From Paragordius varius (taxonomy: Eukaryota; Animalia; Nematomorpha): a stretch of 64,000 nucleotides of DNA. Shown in pieces: positions 11,701-47,652 of this stretch. Each line of letters starts with the position of its first letter. The stretch's first letter is position 1. The DNA lies in contig OZ176053.1 of the NCBI GenBank assembly GCA_964247055.1, positions 5,394,001 to 5,458,000 on the forward strand. The letters run 5' to 3'. Under the pieces are notes generated by a model. It ran no database searches. It saw only the letters and a list, made by a program, of their open reading frames with translations, and was not told where the DNA came from. Position numbers and translations under genes: made by a program.

Positions 11701-14700
11701 TTAATCCCCGAGATCGAGCCGCATTATCCTTAAATCCTGAGGAAATTTACGACAAAATACTGTGATAGCCTTTAGGGTACCTTCCACAACCGGAAGAAAA
11801 AAGTCAATGAGATGATGGAAATGGCAGTTGTCCCTACATCTTTTGATTATATAGTTATTTGATTTTACCCGATTGAAAAACACATAAATTTATCAATTTC
11901 TTCCCTATTCGGACAGTTTATGAATAAATATCAAGCTTGTTATACATTTCCGCTCAAAGCCACTATTAAATGAAATATATTTACCAATACATAAGATTGT
12001 CATAAAAAATATAAAAAACAATTCTATGATATAAAAAATAATGTATCATCTAGTAGCACCTTATGATTTTATTTAAGGCCTTTATCAAAACACAAACTAA
12101 TCCTTAATACAGAATTAAATTTATATCTCATTTTCCAATACATAATGGTTTGACATTCTGACAAACTTTGATAGAATATTATATAAGAGAGTATATATTG
12201 TTTTTATCCATTATTTACTGACTAGAGCATGATTGATAAATACAAATATACATGGCCTTGAAACAACTTTAAAGATACGCAGCCATTATTTATGGGACAT
12301 TTAATATTATATAGATATCATTTTACTAAAATGTTATTATTTCCTTATAATTGTTTGGTAGGCGCACCAATCAAAAGGGATTGCACCTTGAATCAAATTG
12401 TGGATATTATATATTTAAAAAACATTTTTTTACTGATAACTCAACTATGGTTTTTAATTCCAAGTCCACTTTTGCCCAACGAGATTCCTTTATTTATGTT
12501 GGGATCAAAGGGACACAAATTAAATATTATTCTAAAATATTTCACCATTATAATCAAAAATCTGTGGAATTGCGCTATGATTATTAAATAAATTTAATTG
12601 GTGCTTTAAATATAGGTTTCTAAACTAAAATATGTTTGCTTAATAAGTATTTTTTTGTGCCTAATTTTTTAAATTAATTAAATGATTATTTGGCTAATTA
12701 TGAATCATTCTTTGTCACTGAATCTGGCATAATTAACGGTAGTTATATGTGGATATCATAAATAATAACGCCATAAGATTATGAAAAAATTATCAATTGT
12801 TAAATTATTTATTTAAAGTGTTATAATATAATTTTTTTCATTATGCATTAACTAAAGATCATATGTTGTGAAGTACATATATCAATCAAAGCTTTTAAAT
12901 ATGATTATAACAAAATTTTTTAACTATGCTCAATACTTTATTTTCATTTGCACTAACTAAATTCTTTCTCATTTATCATTAATTTCAATAAACAAATGTT
13001 ATCTCAATTATACATGACTAATCAATAATTTATAAATTCTTTCGATTTCAGGTATTAATATCTAATTTATAATTTAATTTACTTTTTGGTATCAACATTT
13101 AGGCTTAACACTTGTTATGAATTTTCTTATCAGAATTCAGCGTATTTCTGTGCAGAAAAAATGGACACGTCCAAAAAATAATGTATTTTATATAAAAAAT
13201 CCGTTTATAATTATAAAAACAGCAAATATATTAAATACCTATTTTTCTTAAACAATCCTGGCTATAATTTAATTAATATATTTGAAAGGAATTTCGTCTT
13301 TTTTAATATGATAACAAGACCTATTTAAGTATCTAAATATTGAAATTTCGTTTTTTTCAAAAGTTTTTCAAATACCTTACATCATCTCTCCTAAGGTTGG
13401 CTCTAATCTATTTATGGATTTATTCGGTGACTGTAATTCATTAGTGTGATTTTTAAAAAAATAACACAAAAGCGCAAATTGTATCACTAAGACGCTTGAT
13501 TTTTTATAAATATATTTTAATTTTTTTAGAAATCTATTTTGCTTTTCAAATGCCTTACTTTAACAATAACTAATTGATAATTTGTTACCATCTTTTGTGC
13601 GAAACTATCCTTTGTGAAATTTTTAATTTGAAATATGACTAATTTTATATCCCTTTTCTGCTTCATTTGTATTAAACATAGCAAGAGTCTTAGTAAATGC
13701 AATGGATGAAGTTGATTAATGGGATAATTATTTTATAATTATCTATTTGAATAAAAATAAGGAATGTTGGTATTGTCACAATATTTCGGAATATGGGCCC
13801 ATTTAAATTCAATATCAATTTTTTAATAAATATCCGAACATAGTCGGGCCAATATCGCTGTATATTGATATATTTTTCAAAATAAAGTCCCCAAAATAAA
13901 TTTTGAAGCATTTTAGCGCTGAAGTTAGACTATAATAAATTATAATATTGGCTGCCTGGTTGTAAAAACAACGTGGTTTAAAATCTAATTTTGTTTAAGT
14001 TAAAAGGTTTAAATTTTTTATCGTTTGAAGGCAAAAAATATGGTTCATCCGCCGGATAGGGCTCTATTATTTGTAGCAAAAATCCGCGATATAAAAATAA
14101 CATAACTTTTAAGTGATTTTTTGGATTAACTTAAGACAAGGATCTCCCACAAATATCTTCGCGGCTGCTTTGATAACTTTTGTTTTTTTATTTATTTTTA
14201 GCTCAATTTTAAATGATATATCTTCTAAATAATTGTAAATTTTTGATTGAAATTCAATTATTTATTTTTTAACATTTTTTCCCTGATAGACCATATTATA
14301 TCAAACAATTGGTTTAAAATATTATTATATATGCAAAAATTATAGTACACTCGTTTTTTTAATTGACTGGTTGCTTTGTTAATATACGCCATCATATAGA
14401 TATAAAGTGGATTTGTAATTTTTGCCGATCTTGACACTGTGAAAATCAATCATGGTTTTAGTTATTTCCGATTTCAAGGCAAAAATTTAAGCCAAGTGCG
14501 ATTTGAACTAACCGCTGGGTAGATATTTTTTGTACTATAAACCACCATATAAAGATAATGTGGCTTTGAAGCAAATATAGAGACTATTGTATTGAATAAT
14601 GCTTTTAGGCATTTTCGGTGTATAAGCCTAAATAAAGTTTTTTTGAATATTTTGCTCGCCAATAAAAATGAACAAAAAATATGTATTTAAAAATATAATT

Positions 14701-15792
14701 TTTTATCGCACAAAAAAGGCTTTATTGTGCATTTAAAAAGAATGCTAAATTAATTTTAAGGTTTCGAATGCTAATAGTCTTTTCAATCTACTCTAAAAAA
14801 CAATAGACCCAAGATTTTCCTTTTTACCTATAAAATAATTTATTTTAAAAATTTTATTCCAAATTAAACATGGGGGTTTAACACCTACATGATACTCGTT
14901 TGATCAAAAAAAATTAAATGTAAAATAATTCTTTTTTATAAAGCATACAAAGATTATTTGGTTTTAGGCTGTTTATTATATCTATGTTTATAATAATACC
15001 ATAAATGACGTTTTAAAGCTACTATTTTTTATTATAAAAAATAAATCATTTTAAAAACGTGTAATTAAAATTATCATTTATGTATATGTTTTGTTCAAAT
15101 CATTAACTTTTAATCATTTTAATCGCATTTTTTACACCACAAAATTTTTACCAAACTTATAATACAATCAATAAATATAATTAATATCGAATTGAATGTT
15201 AAACTTGTATTAAACATTTTCGCTTATTAAATAATTTTGCATATAAATACAAAATTACATATAAATGTATGCATATATTTCCGTATTTCTTTACAGATTT
15301 AATGCAAATTACTATTACTGCATAACAAATAGCATAAATATTCAATCATAGTTATATTGGCATTGAAATTACTATTCCTTCTAAACTTTTGAATGATTTT
15401 TTTACACAAAAAAAGGAGAATAAATCACCATTCTTTATGAATCGCCGACACACATGTCAAAAATCAACTTGAATATGGCATAAATTTTGCTGAATAATTT
15501 ATTTTTGATAAAATTCATAAAGATCACAAGATTTATACGTATGCATAAAAAGCCAAATTAAAATGAAGACCAGCGTAATCGTGTTTGTTTTATATATGGA
15601 AAATGTTTTTTTCATATTTAATCCATAACTTTTATAATAATGACAAAAAAGATTGCCGCTAAATAGTGTGTATAAATCCATCAACCTCATAACATATATC
15701 AAAAAAGTAATGAATCTCGGATCACAAACGCTTTATTTTATCAAAGTCCAATACATTTAAATAATGAAAATATCAATAAAAATAATGAAGAA

Positions 15793-37417
<21,625 letters not shown>

Positions 37418-40006
37418 ATTTATCCCGATTTGGTTAAAAATTATTAAAAATTGTAATCATTTCGCATTGTGTCGATATTACGAGTTATGCACAAAGGAAG
37501 GAAACCCCAAAATGCCAAATATTAATTAATTTTTAATTAAACACATGATGGCTAAAAAAAATTTTTTATAATTTAAACTAATATATATACTCAATAACAA
37601 TTTATTGTATTACAATTATTTGTGTCTTGTATAATAACATAGCTAACACCGCATAATATATACATTACAATTTTTTTTATTTTCTTATCCAATCAAACGC
37701 TACAAATCGTTTTTCATTTATATATTTTTTAACTTTATTTTGCGCAATTATTCATACTAGTCTCCTACTTAATACAATTTATACGAAATGTTCAAAACAC
37801 AACTAATTCTTTAGAATATTTAAAACAACTTTTAAAATTACATATATCATGCATACCTTTGTTAATAAAGAAATAGTTGAAGGCTTTTTATATATCATAG
37901 TGTTCTATATGTGACAAATTTAAAAAGCGGGTTGTTATACAGTAAAAATTTTAATTATAAAGAAAAAATACGTAAATATTTTTTTAAAAAAAACCATAGT
38001 TTTGAGCATTCATCTTTTCTTAATAGCCTTTATGTTTACGATTATGATATAATTAGTGTGTTACCAGTTTACATCTCGATTCCTTATTTAACGATGGTTT
38101 TTTCATACAAATATTTATTTTTCACTTTTTACGCTTTTTCTTTAATTTCAATCAATTTACACTGTACATAATATCTCCTTTTTTATTATGTAGTATTAAA
38201 TCAGCGTTTGGGACCAAAAATCTAAGAATCGCAAATTATTAAAGACCTATTCAGAAGCGATGTTTGATTTGTTTAACACCTTACATGGTTTTTGAAACCT
38301 CTAATTACCAATAACTCTCTAAAAATTACCAAGGCTATTCTATTATTTTAAACTAATTTATCTCTTTAATTCAAGATTTGGATTTTATATTATTGAAACA
38401 TAAATTGTGGGAATGCCTTCTTAGTCGTCAATTGTTTACATCACCCAGGCTCCATAATCTAAGCGACTAATAATATTCTCTATCCATAAATTTTGAATGT
38501 TTCTATATCGGTGCTAGATTGGCAAATGTCTTTTTGTCGGTTAAGAGTTGAAATGTTTAAAATGAAACTAGGCAAACACCAATTTATATCTCAATTTTTA
38601 AACTTAAATTTAAGATCTTTTTACCCAAACTTACCCATAGCGTTTGTTCACGCGATCATATAATTCCGGAAATTTTTGGTACGTCTCATGAACATTGCTT
38701 CATAGAGAAAAGATACCTTATGATTATTCATTTATAAACAAAGAATGTTTAATTTTGCGTTTTTTAAAAATTTTCATATATAATAACTTACCGAATATTT
38801 GATAAAAACATATAATTATTGTTTTTTATGATGATGATTTATAAATAATTAAACCTAAATAGCGAATCCGATAAATTTAAAGCTAAGGTTAAAAGTTATA
38901 AAGGGATATTCTCAAATATATGAATTTGGATGAAAAGCTGGCGAAAATGATAAAAAAATAAGGAAAAATCTATATTACATCGCGTATTTAGCTTTTTAGG
39001 TGTGAAACAAACGGTTTAATATATGCGTGTTCTAATCACTTTCTAATAATGAATCCTACATGGCCGATTCATAAAAATTCTGTTTTAACCAATCTGCATA
39101 AAATTCATTACCTACGATTTTTTATAATCATTTTTCAAACCGTTAATTTGGTTGAAAATGAATTGACAGTATATTGATATCATGACTTTAACCTCGTTTT
39201 GTTTTTTAAAGTTAAATCTTGGTTTAGGGCAAAGAATTAAAAAAGCTCTCTTATTTTTCTATAAATATATTGCTCCAAAGAATTGAATACTTTTGTTTTA
39301 TTTATACCAAAATTTATTATAATTAAATCATTTTACGATAAAAGTTCAAAGATTAGATCGTTTGATAAAATAATTTAATATACAAATTACAAAAATTTTC
39401 AATAGTTAGGCTATTAACAGTTATTTTTCATATATTTAAGATTCTTTTGATTCATCCTAATTTTGAGTATGAAAAAAAAACACATTTTATCATCTTGTAA
39501 TCTAGTTTGTAATCTAGTTATATTGAATGGATATTACACCAATATATAATTCACCTGTTTTACTCTTGAATCCATCAGTAATATTGCACATTAAATATTA
39601 ATCCGTAGTGTTTAAATTACTGACACTAAAAACAAATATATAGATTAATCAAAACATATCACTAGACTTTAAGTCCACTTGAAACATTGTATAAGATTAG
39701 AAATTAATTATCACTCTATAATTGTTACAACAATACTGTATTTTAAAATATTTTGCTGTTTGCAATATAAGTTTTAAGAGGATTATTTTTTGATATCACA
39801 AAATTATCAATGAACTTTTTTTTTGAAAAAAAAAACATCTGAAAATGTCGATTGAATAAATTAATTTAGGCTAAACAAAATATTTATTGCCTTAAAATGA
39901 TGATAATTTTATTAAATCCCCAAATTTTAATGAATTAATTTCATTTTTTATATATATATATATATGCTTATTTTCAAACCTTTGTAAACTTTTACCATTG
40001 AATAAC

Positions 40007-40019
40007 CACCTGTCAATCA
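40007..40019 (-). promoter_or_regulatory. TGATTGACAG PBX-MEIS/PREP-type site overlapping a CAGGTG E-box
   Basis: CACCTGTCAATCA; the 15-mer ACCACCTGTCAATCA is identical to 43872-43886. Confidence 0.45.
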
Positions 40020-40325
40020 ATTAGTCAAACGATATTCCATTTGTCAATGTTTTCCCGACTAATAAATCGACTTTAAAATCCCATATTTAAATTTTGTTAA
40101 TGTAGAGTATTTTTATTTGATGAATTATAGAATTAATGAAACCCTTTTTAGCAAGTATAGATAGAAATTAGTATTACGTTTAAAAATAAATTAATCCAAC
40201 TTTAACTCAAATGCAAATATTAATATAGACTAAATTAAACGTATTTAAAACTAATCAATTAATTGTGGGAAATACAATAACAATTTTTTGACAAATTTTA
40301 ATTTTTAATTTTACATTGTCTCGGG

Positions 40326-40372
40326 CCGGGGTGTCCAACACGCGCCCGCTGATACTTTATGTGCGGCCCGCT
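40326..40372 (+). mobile_element. hAT MITE 5'-end fragment
   Basis: ccggggtgtccaacacgcg..gtgcggcccg matches the left end of 6616-6830. Confidence 0.55.
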
Positions 40373-40529
40373 TTTGGTAATCCATAGTTTGCCAAATTAT
40401 GATTATAAAATCTTAGTAATGATATTTATCAAACAATATTCTAAATTAGTCTATCCAATTGGCAAAAACTAGGAAAAATGGTTATATTGTGTTTGCATTT
40501 TATAGTAGTATATTTAAAATCCAAAAAAT

Positions 40530-40730
40530 TATTTATGAATGTCCATATAATTAAAAATACAATCTATGAATCCATTTGTGTTGGATCCTGGTCTATGGCA
40601 TGATACAAATATGTTAATCTTTGATTGATGCTTTTTAAAAGCGGTCCCAGATACGATCCTGATATTCAATAATATTGAAGCCCCAACTCTTCGATAGGTC
40701 CATAATCTACAATCTAAGTTAATTGTCACA
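40530..40730 (-). mobile_element. Possible LINE apurinic-type endonuclease fragment
   Basis: RRVGASILL...INIFVSCHRPGSNTNGFIDCIF resembles the GGGVAIY / I..YRPP....F blocks of LINE endonucleases. The match is weak. Confidence 0.35.
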
Positions 40731-43700
40731 AAAAAAGTTATTAAATATGTGTATAATATTTTCCATAACCCAAATATTGCGCTTACCAGATAAAAATATA
40801 TTTTACCAAGTTTTTCAAAATTGTTATTATAAAATGGTTTTTAAATGCCATTGTATATCTGGAAAAAGGATGAAATTTATTTTATTAATAATAATTATTT
40901 CATAAATTATGTAGGCTGGATAAAAATGTGAATATATGTTTTATCTATTTATCCAAATACAATTTTTTGATATTTCAAATAAAAAACTTCAAAGATTAAG
41001 ATTTTTTTGTAAAAAGATAGTATCATAAAATTTATATTTATGCACACACATTTTGTTATTTTATTACATATTTTTATCAACATTTTTATGTTAGTAATGT
41101 GGATTATTTTTCTGGTATTTTCTCAAAATTATATATATTTTTTATCTATTCATAAAAAAAGAATAGAGCTATGCAATTAAAATCGGACACCAGATAAAAA
41201 AATATTTAGTTTATAAAACTACGCATATTTAACCATTAAAGCCAGTTGTTAAATAGTTATAAATCACAATTTTTTCAGATAGTTTACTCTGTTTGCATCA
41301 AATCTTCTATATAAATTCATGTGAACTAATTCAAAAAATGAACAAAAATATTAATTATCCTAAATTTATTTATGCCTGTACCCTTTTCTAACCTTTAAAT
41401 TTAAAAACTTTTGTGGTAAATGGGGTTATTAAAACATATTTTTATGATACAAAACTGAGCGAAAATTTAAACTACGAACATTATATCATTATTAAACGGT
41501 ATTGCACAAAATCGGTTCTAGTCGTTTAAAAATTTGTGGAATTTTTATCAAAATATATCATTTTTTAAAAAAAAATAAATTAAAACTGATTTAATCAATC
41601 AACTTGGTACTGGTCATATTTTAACGTTTTTATCGATTTTAAACAAATATACTCAAAAATTTGTAAATATCTACCTAATAATCACGTTTATAACACTTAA
41701 TTTTATCACAAGAATATAATTCGCACATAAATTGACATACAGAAAACATTCTTTTGAAGTGTTTTTTATTTTTCACTTTTGTGTGTTTGAATAAGAAATT
41801 TTGAAAAAAAAATTTTGATTAACACAGCACGCAGCACCAAGCGCTTTATTTGGCTCTTAAACTTTTGATCCCTTACTACTATTTGTCCTTTTTTATCTCG
41901 CATTTTGTAGACAAATTGGCTTGTTATAGCATGTAAGGTAAAATATACATCAAACTCTTTTCTGTATAAAAGAAAGATAAAATAAAGAGCAAATATTCTT
42001 TCCATCTCTGGTATAATTTTAAGAAATATTCAAAGCAACAAAATATTGTTAATTCATTCCCACTTAAAATAATATTTTTTATTTACCTAACTTCTTACCA
42101 CAGGTTCAGTTCAAAAGGTGTTATGATGGCATCTTTTCAATAAAAACTAACTAAATTGTACCATAAAATAATTTTATTTTAATTTTTTATTAACCGCCAT
42201 CCATGATAATTTCAAGCACAACTCAAACATTGAAGTATTATAGTTTTGTTATTAACAAGTTTTAAGAGAATTAGAGCATTATTATGTATTATATCTTTTG
42301 TTAAGACTTTTTTTCTAGATTTTATCTCCAAGAATTTGTCATATATAAAAGTAAAATAGGTAAAATATGCTTATAAAATATTCCAATTTCAGTAAATTTG
42401 CGTGCGTACGATATTTTTATGGTAGAGTTATGTTATAAAATACGATAAAGAGATTTTCGTTAATATACAATTTACCGTTATGGAGGAAAACAATTATTAT
42501 GATCAGAATTTACAATAAAAATTTAAAATTAAACTAGATTCTACCAATAATTTATCTGAAAAGTGTGATATTGTCAATATTGTCAACAGTTACCAATTAT
42601 ACGAACTGCCGTTCACTTTAAACAATAAAACTGTTAAATGAGTATTGCTAATTCAAACAATAAACAGAATAATTAGCTATCTATTATAAATATAAGTAAA
42701 TTATATTGTAAGGAACTTAAGTGCTTTTAAGCACCAATTTCGACTTATGTCGGCACTTTAATTTACTCTGTTGCCTTTTATATGCCGGCGCGCTTGAAAT
42801 CAAAAAATATATTTAAAATATTGAAGATATTTGTTGAATTCCACCTAAATATTTATAGATTTATTCCGTTATTATCCACCAGAATTCCTAATATTTAATA
42901 ATGAAGACCTTATCTTAAGATTTTGTTTTATATTTTGCATAATGGCGCCTTAAAATTATTGTCAATCAAAACTTTAATGTGGATTTTGCGCTAAAAAGAA
43001 ATGCAAATTCGTTGCATAACTCTGTGTTCTTTCATTTGTATTATTTGTTAAACTATAATTTTCCCACACACTGTATGTGATTCTTTCTAAATGAACACAA
43101 AATGCAAACTTTTTTATCACTTATTCTTTGATGTTCAAATCGTCATTTCAAACAAAACAAAAATGATCTTAAGAAGACTCCATATTCTTTATTTACATAA
43201 GCATGACACTTGTTTCAATTTAAATGATGCTTCGCTGTATGTTTATCAATATCCATTCCAAATTATAACAAATTAAGAACTTAATTCTTTACCATTTTTT
43301 GCCAAAATATTTTCACACAAAGATCAAACATGAGCGAATATTTTTTCAGTAAAAAAATAACTCATGTAATTATTATTAATTTTAAACCGAAAATATTTTT
43401 TTGATGATGATACGAAAACGATAACCTATAAAAATATTATAAACTATGAGAAAATTCAAAATCCATCTCAAATCATATAATTAATTTTATATTTTCTTTT
43501 AAAGTTGAATTAATATAAAAAATTGTCATTCATCACATATTCATTTTTTGAAAGTATATCAGCTTAAAAACCTTATTTTTTTTCGAGAATACTTTTATTA
43601 AGTACAAATATAATCCTTATTTTACTAATCTGTTTCATGTTGTTGTAATATCAATTTAACATACTGGAAATATGTATTATATTCTAATAACTTTTATAAA

Positions 43701-43873
43701 GTATATATGGTTGTGTACCATTGACCAACTTTTACTTAATCGACACTTTTACAAATCAATATATAATTTCAAAAGCCATTTATTCTGAAATATTTTATCG
43801 ATTTGTGGCAAATTTCAAATAAAATTCTTACAATTAAAAGTATTTTATTAGCTTATCCTATATTTTTGGCTAC

Positions 43874-43886
43874 CACCTGTCAATCA
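43874..43886 (-). promoter_or_regulatory. TGATTGACAG site plus E-box, about 50 bp upstream of the PRDM13-like ATG
   Basis: CACCTGTCAATCA read directly from the sequence. Confidence 0.5.
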
Positions 43887-43938
43887 TCCAAATTATTCAC
43901 AATATAAAATTGTGAAAGTGTTCAGAATATTCTTTACC

Positions 43939-45324
43939 ATGTTTAATAATATACTTGAAAACGGTATCGACGTAGCTAAATCTAATACTAATCAGACATA
44001 TGATAGCGCCCTTAAAAAAACAGACTTGAATTTTCAAGCAATGACCACTTCTTTATTTTATCAGCAATATTATTGGTTATATAAATATCAGAGCCGATTT
44101 TTATCAGGACATCAACAGTGCATTTCATCGCCCCAAAATCGAATCTTTGATGGAAAACAACGAAATTTTATGGCTCATTCTACTTACGTCCCATCTACAT
44201 CATTACATAATCAAACGTATCCTATAAAATATTCTAATAGAACTCAATTAGTATCATCTAATATAGTAGAACGTTTCGACAAAAGAAAAATTAAAACTCA
44301 TTGTACTATTCCAACACCAATAAGTCACAATAATATGAATTTAAATTTACCAAACACCACAAAAACGGATGATATAAACGACATGGTTCTGAAAAAATGC
44401 AAAAATTTGGCCGAGGGACCCTTAAAAGAAGGTAATTGCTATGACAAAAACAACAATAATAATCGTATAAAACGGAAATATGTCAGGAAAAGATTTAAAA
44501 CCAATCATTTTGCCTTCCCTTATGAAACCAGTGTTAATACCAAAGATAAAAATCAAGGAAATCCTATGAATCCTATACAACAGACAATTAAAAAACCTCC
44601 TTTACCGAAGTTTCACATCGATTCCATTTTGGGCCTCTCATCATTATCAGAACCAATACATATGGTGAAATCAAATTGCAATTCAATACACAGCGGTCCG
44701 AAAATTTCTCAATGTTCAAACACTGGACATCAATCAAATAGTAAAAATCCAATCATACCTTTGGCATACGCCCACAGCAATGGTCACTCAAACAATAAAA
44801 CTACTCTGAGAACCACCATTCCGAATTTTAATAGTTTAAGTAATTTGAACAAGTTGCAAAAATTGATGAAAATTCAAGATTTAAATCAGTTCCGACCAAT
44901 AACAAAAAATATTGAGGAAACCGTTATTGACTCTAGACTAGAGTTTCCAAGCTCTCCAGAAAAGAGTGATGTATTTGAGTTGCCGTTTTCAGATCCAGAA
45001 AAATCTATGGAAAAATCAATTTGTGATGATGTGAATGGCCTTAAAGCAAATTCCTCTCTATCAACAGTCAATAATGCAAGCAATGGTTCTAATCGCCACC
45101 TCTGTATATTTTGTGGAAAATATTATTCTAGGAGATATGGACTAAAAATTCATTTGCGAACTCATACAGGCTATAAGCCATTAAAATGTAAATTTTGTGA
45201 ACGATCTTTCGGAGATCCAAGTAACCTAAATAAACACATTCGATTGCATTTGTCTCACCTCAACAAACTTAAAACCAACAAAATTACGAATGTCAAATAT
45301 GTGCCTTTGGCCGAAAAATCTTAA
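43939..45324 (+). CDS. PRDM13: PRDM13/PRDM8-type C2H2 zinc-finger transcription factor, single exon, about 461 aa, no PR/SET domain seen
   Basis: CIFCGKYYSRRYGLKIHLRTHTGYKPLKCKFCERSFGDPSNLNKHIRLH is nearly identical to the PRDM13 finger pair as I recall it. The ORF is uninterrupted. The first ATG is at 43939; the track starts at GTG 43912. Confidence 0.85.
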   Translation: MFNNILENGIDVAKSNTNQTYDSALKKTDLNFQAMTTSLFYQQYYWLYKYQSRFLSGHQQCISSPQNRIFDGKQRNFMAHSTYVPSTSLHNQTYPIKYSNRTQLVSSNIVERFDKRKIKTHCTIPTPISHNNMNLNLPNTTKTDDINDMVLKKCKNLAEGPLKEGNCYDKNNNNNRIKRKYVRKRFKTNHFAFPYETSVNTKDKNQGNPMNPIQQTIKKPPLPKFHIDSILGLSSLSEPIHMVKSNCNSIHSGPKISQCSNTGHQSNSKNPIIPLAYAHSNGHSNNKTTLRTTIPNFNSLSNLNKLQKLMKIQDLNQFRPITKNIEETVIDSRLEFPSSPEKSDVFELPFSDPEKSMEKSICDDVNGLKANSSLSTVNNASNGSNRHLCIFCGKYYSRRYGLKIHLRTHTGYKPLKCKFCERSFGDPSNLNKHIRLHLSHLNKLKTNKITNVKYVPLAEKS

Positions 45325-45581
45325 TTTTTCAGAAAGAAATATTCTTTTGCAAAAAATGAATAATTTATATTTTTATCATATTATATTTATATATTAATTG
45401 TAAGTCACCAAATAATTATAACCATTATCAATCAATTAGACAATGTATTGTGCTATTATTTTATACTACAATTTTTTTATGTTTATTAAAAATATCAATA
45501 AACGTTATTTCTTTTTTTAATATTCGCAAGTCTTGAAGCAATTATATAACTCATAATTATCTATGAAAATCAATAAAATTA

Positions 45582-45593
45582 TGATTGACAGGT
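45582..45593 (+). promoter_or_regulatory. TGATTGACAG site about 260 bp downstream of the PRDM13-like stop
   Basis: TGATTGACAGGT read directly from the sequence. Confidence 0.45.
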
Positions 45594-46961
45594 TGGTGTA
45601 ATATTATTTCTCTAGAAAAATCCAGCTAAATAAAAAAATTAAATGTTAAGAGGAAAATTGAGCATGAAATTATAAATTTTTTATTCAATATATATAAATA
45701 ACTGTTTAATTAAAAAGGAAACATATTTTTTAGAGGTGTGTATTGCGTTAATTGTCAGAATATAATTGTAATAACCAAATTGGACACAATTATTTTTTTA
45801 ATAATTTTATTTTCGATATATAAATAAAGCAAATATAAGTTAAGTAAAAAGAATATTTTTTAAAGGTGTGTATTTTTGTGTTGAAAGGAAAATACCGACA
45901 ATCCACTTGACGATCAAAAAGTCTATTAAAAGACATATTTAAATGTAAGTTCACAATCATATTTTCAGCAAAAATTCTATCAAAAATCAATTTTAATTAT
46001 TTGGTTTACGGCAACAATATAGACATCCGTAAATGTATAATAATTTTTGACCTGAAATTTTAAAACCCTGGATATTACCAATAGATTAAAATAAAATTAT
46101 AATCGGATATTTTTTATTTAACTATATGAGAATAGAAAATTTTTTTTATAAAAAAATCATGTTTTAAGTAGTTTTTACTATAAACATTTATTTATAAAGT
46201 TATTTTTGGATTTCAGATACATTTTATTTTTATAGAAGATTATTTTTTAAGCGTTATATCAATGTAATAATATTGGTAACGGATATTTAGGTATTATAAA
46301 TTTAATTTAGTATTGTGTGAAAAATGTAAATACTATTATTAGCTTAAATAAATATTTTGTAAAATAAATAGTATTACAATTTGATACAACTTAAATCTCG
46401 ATTTGTTTTATTTCAAGTGTCTAAATGTCTACTGGTTAATACTTGAACGTTTTTAAAATATAAATTTTCTAGTTTTATTTTAAGTTTATTCATATAATAA
46501 ATATTATAAAAACTCTATATTTAGGATACTTTTTATATAGAAATAGATGGACTTTTTAAAAAACAATTAAAATATGATATTTTAGTTTAAAGAATATATT
46601 AGTTTGAAACCCTAAGGATGCTAAAATATAGTTATGACAGAATACCGTGATAACTAACAAAAAAAAATAAAAAAAACGTGATATTTAGAATAATAAAATA
46701 TTTGCCCATTAAATGTTAAATATTAACAATTATCAAAAATCGGCAGCCACGATAATAATATACGTTTTCCGCCAAACTATTCAAGTTTAATATTTGAACG
46801 GACCATATTACCACTTCAATATAATTTTTATTAAAAACACATAAAATTAAATTTTATCCGTTTACCGGGATATCTTGACCGTGTGCATGAGAAAGGCTAT
46901 GAAATTGTAAATTATAATAGTACACAAAATTAACTAAGATGTATATAACAAAGTAAATATA

Positions 46962-47652
46962 TACCATTTACACCTACATTTCAAATTTACCCTCGATCAT
47001 ACAAATTCACTTAATACAATCACCCTAAAAAAATATTATGGTTTTAAAAATCAAAAATTACCAATGAGTTTAAAATATACCATTTCTTCAAAAATGTCCT
47101 TGAACACTTCAGTTGGTCCTTTGACTTTTTTTGTTTTGCTTTTAACTTTTATCAATCAAATCGTATATCAATCTTCTATATTATCATTTTTAACATAAAT
47201 TTTAAATCTATATCAACTTTAAATAATTGAGCAGCCGTATATCTTAATTACTTTCTTAAAATTATTTTGGATATTTATATAATTTTAACACCAATTAAAA
47301 AATATATAAGTTTTCTGCATTCTTTATTTTTCTTTGAAAACATTAAAAAGTTAATAATTTTGTTAAATTGGAGAAAAATTAGTTGGAACAAAAAAATGGT
47401 TTTCGAATAAAAATTTATGAATAAATATATAATAAATAAAAAAAATTAGGTAAAAAAATAATAAAATAAAAAAATAAATGCAAAAATCATGGTTAAATCC
47501 AAATTAAAAAAATTTAAGGATAAACTTGAAATGTTCAAAGACCAACTTGAAGTGTCAAGGACTCTTGAAGTGAAAATGGTATATTTAAGGGTAAATTTAT
47601 ATGTTCAACGAGGGTATATATGAAGTAGGGTCAATATAAGGTGTAGATGATA
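46962..47652. mobile_element. Short TACCATTT MITE containing a nested C2 copy (47078-47581)
   Basis: Outer ends TACCATTTACACC / ggtgtagatgata; inner ends TA|TACCATTT and AAATGGTA|TA. Confidence 0.75.

Noticed and set aside
12292-12591. Two overlapping plus-strand ORFs of 78-99 aa after a ggtag acceptor-like site
   Set aside because: No recognisable homology or partner exons. They might be real but cannot be supported.
38635-38700. Minus-strand exon-like stretch (HETYQKFPELYDRVNKRYG) with a perfect GTAAGT donor
   Set aside because: It has an upstream in-frame stop and a weak acceptor, and the possible next exon closes after about 28 codons with no homology.
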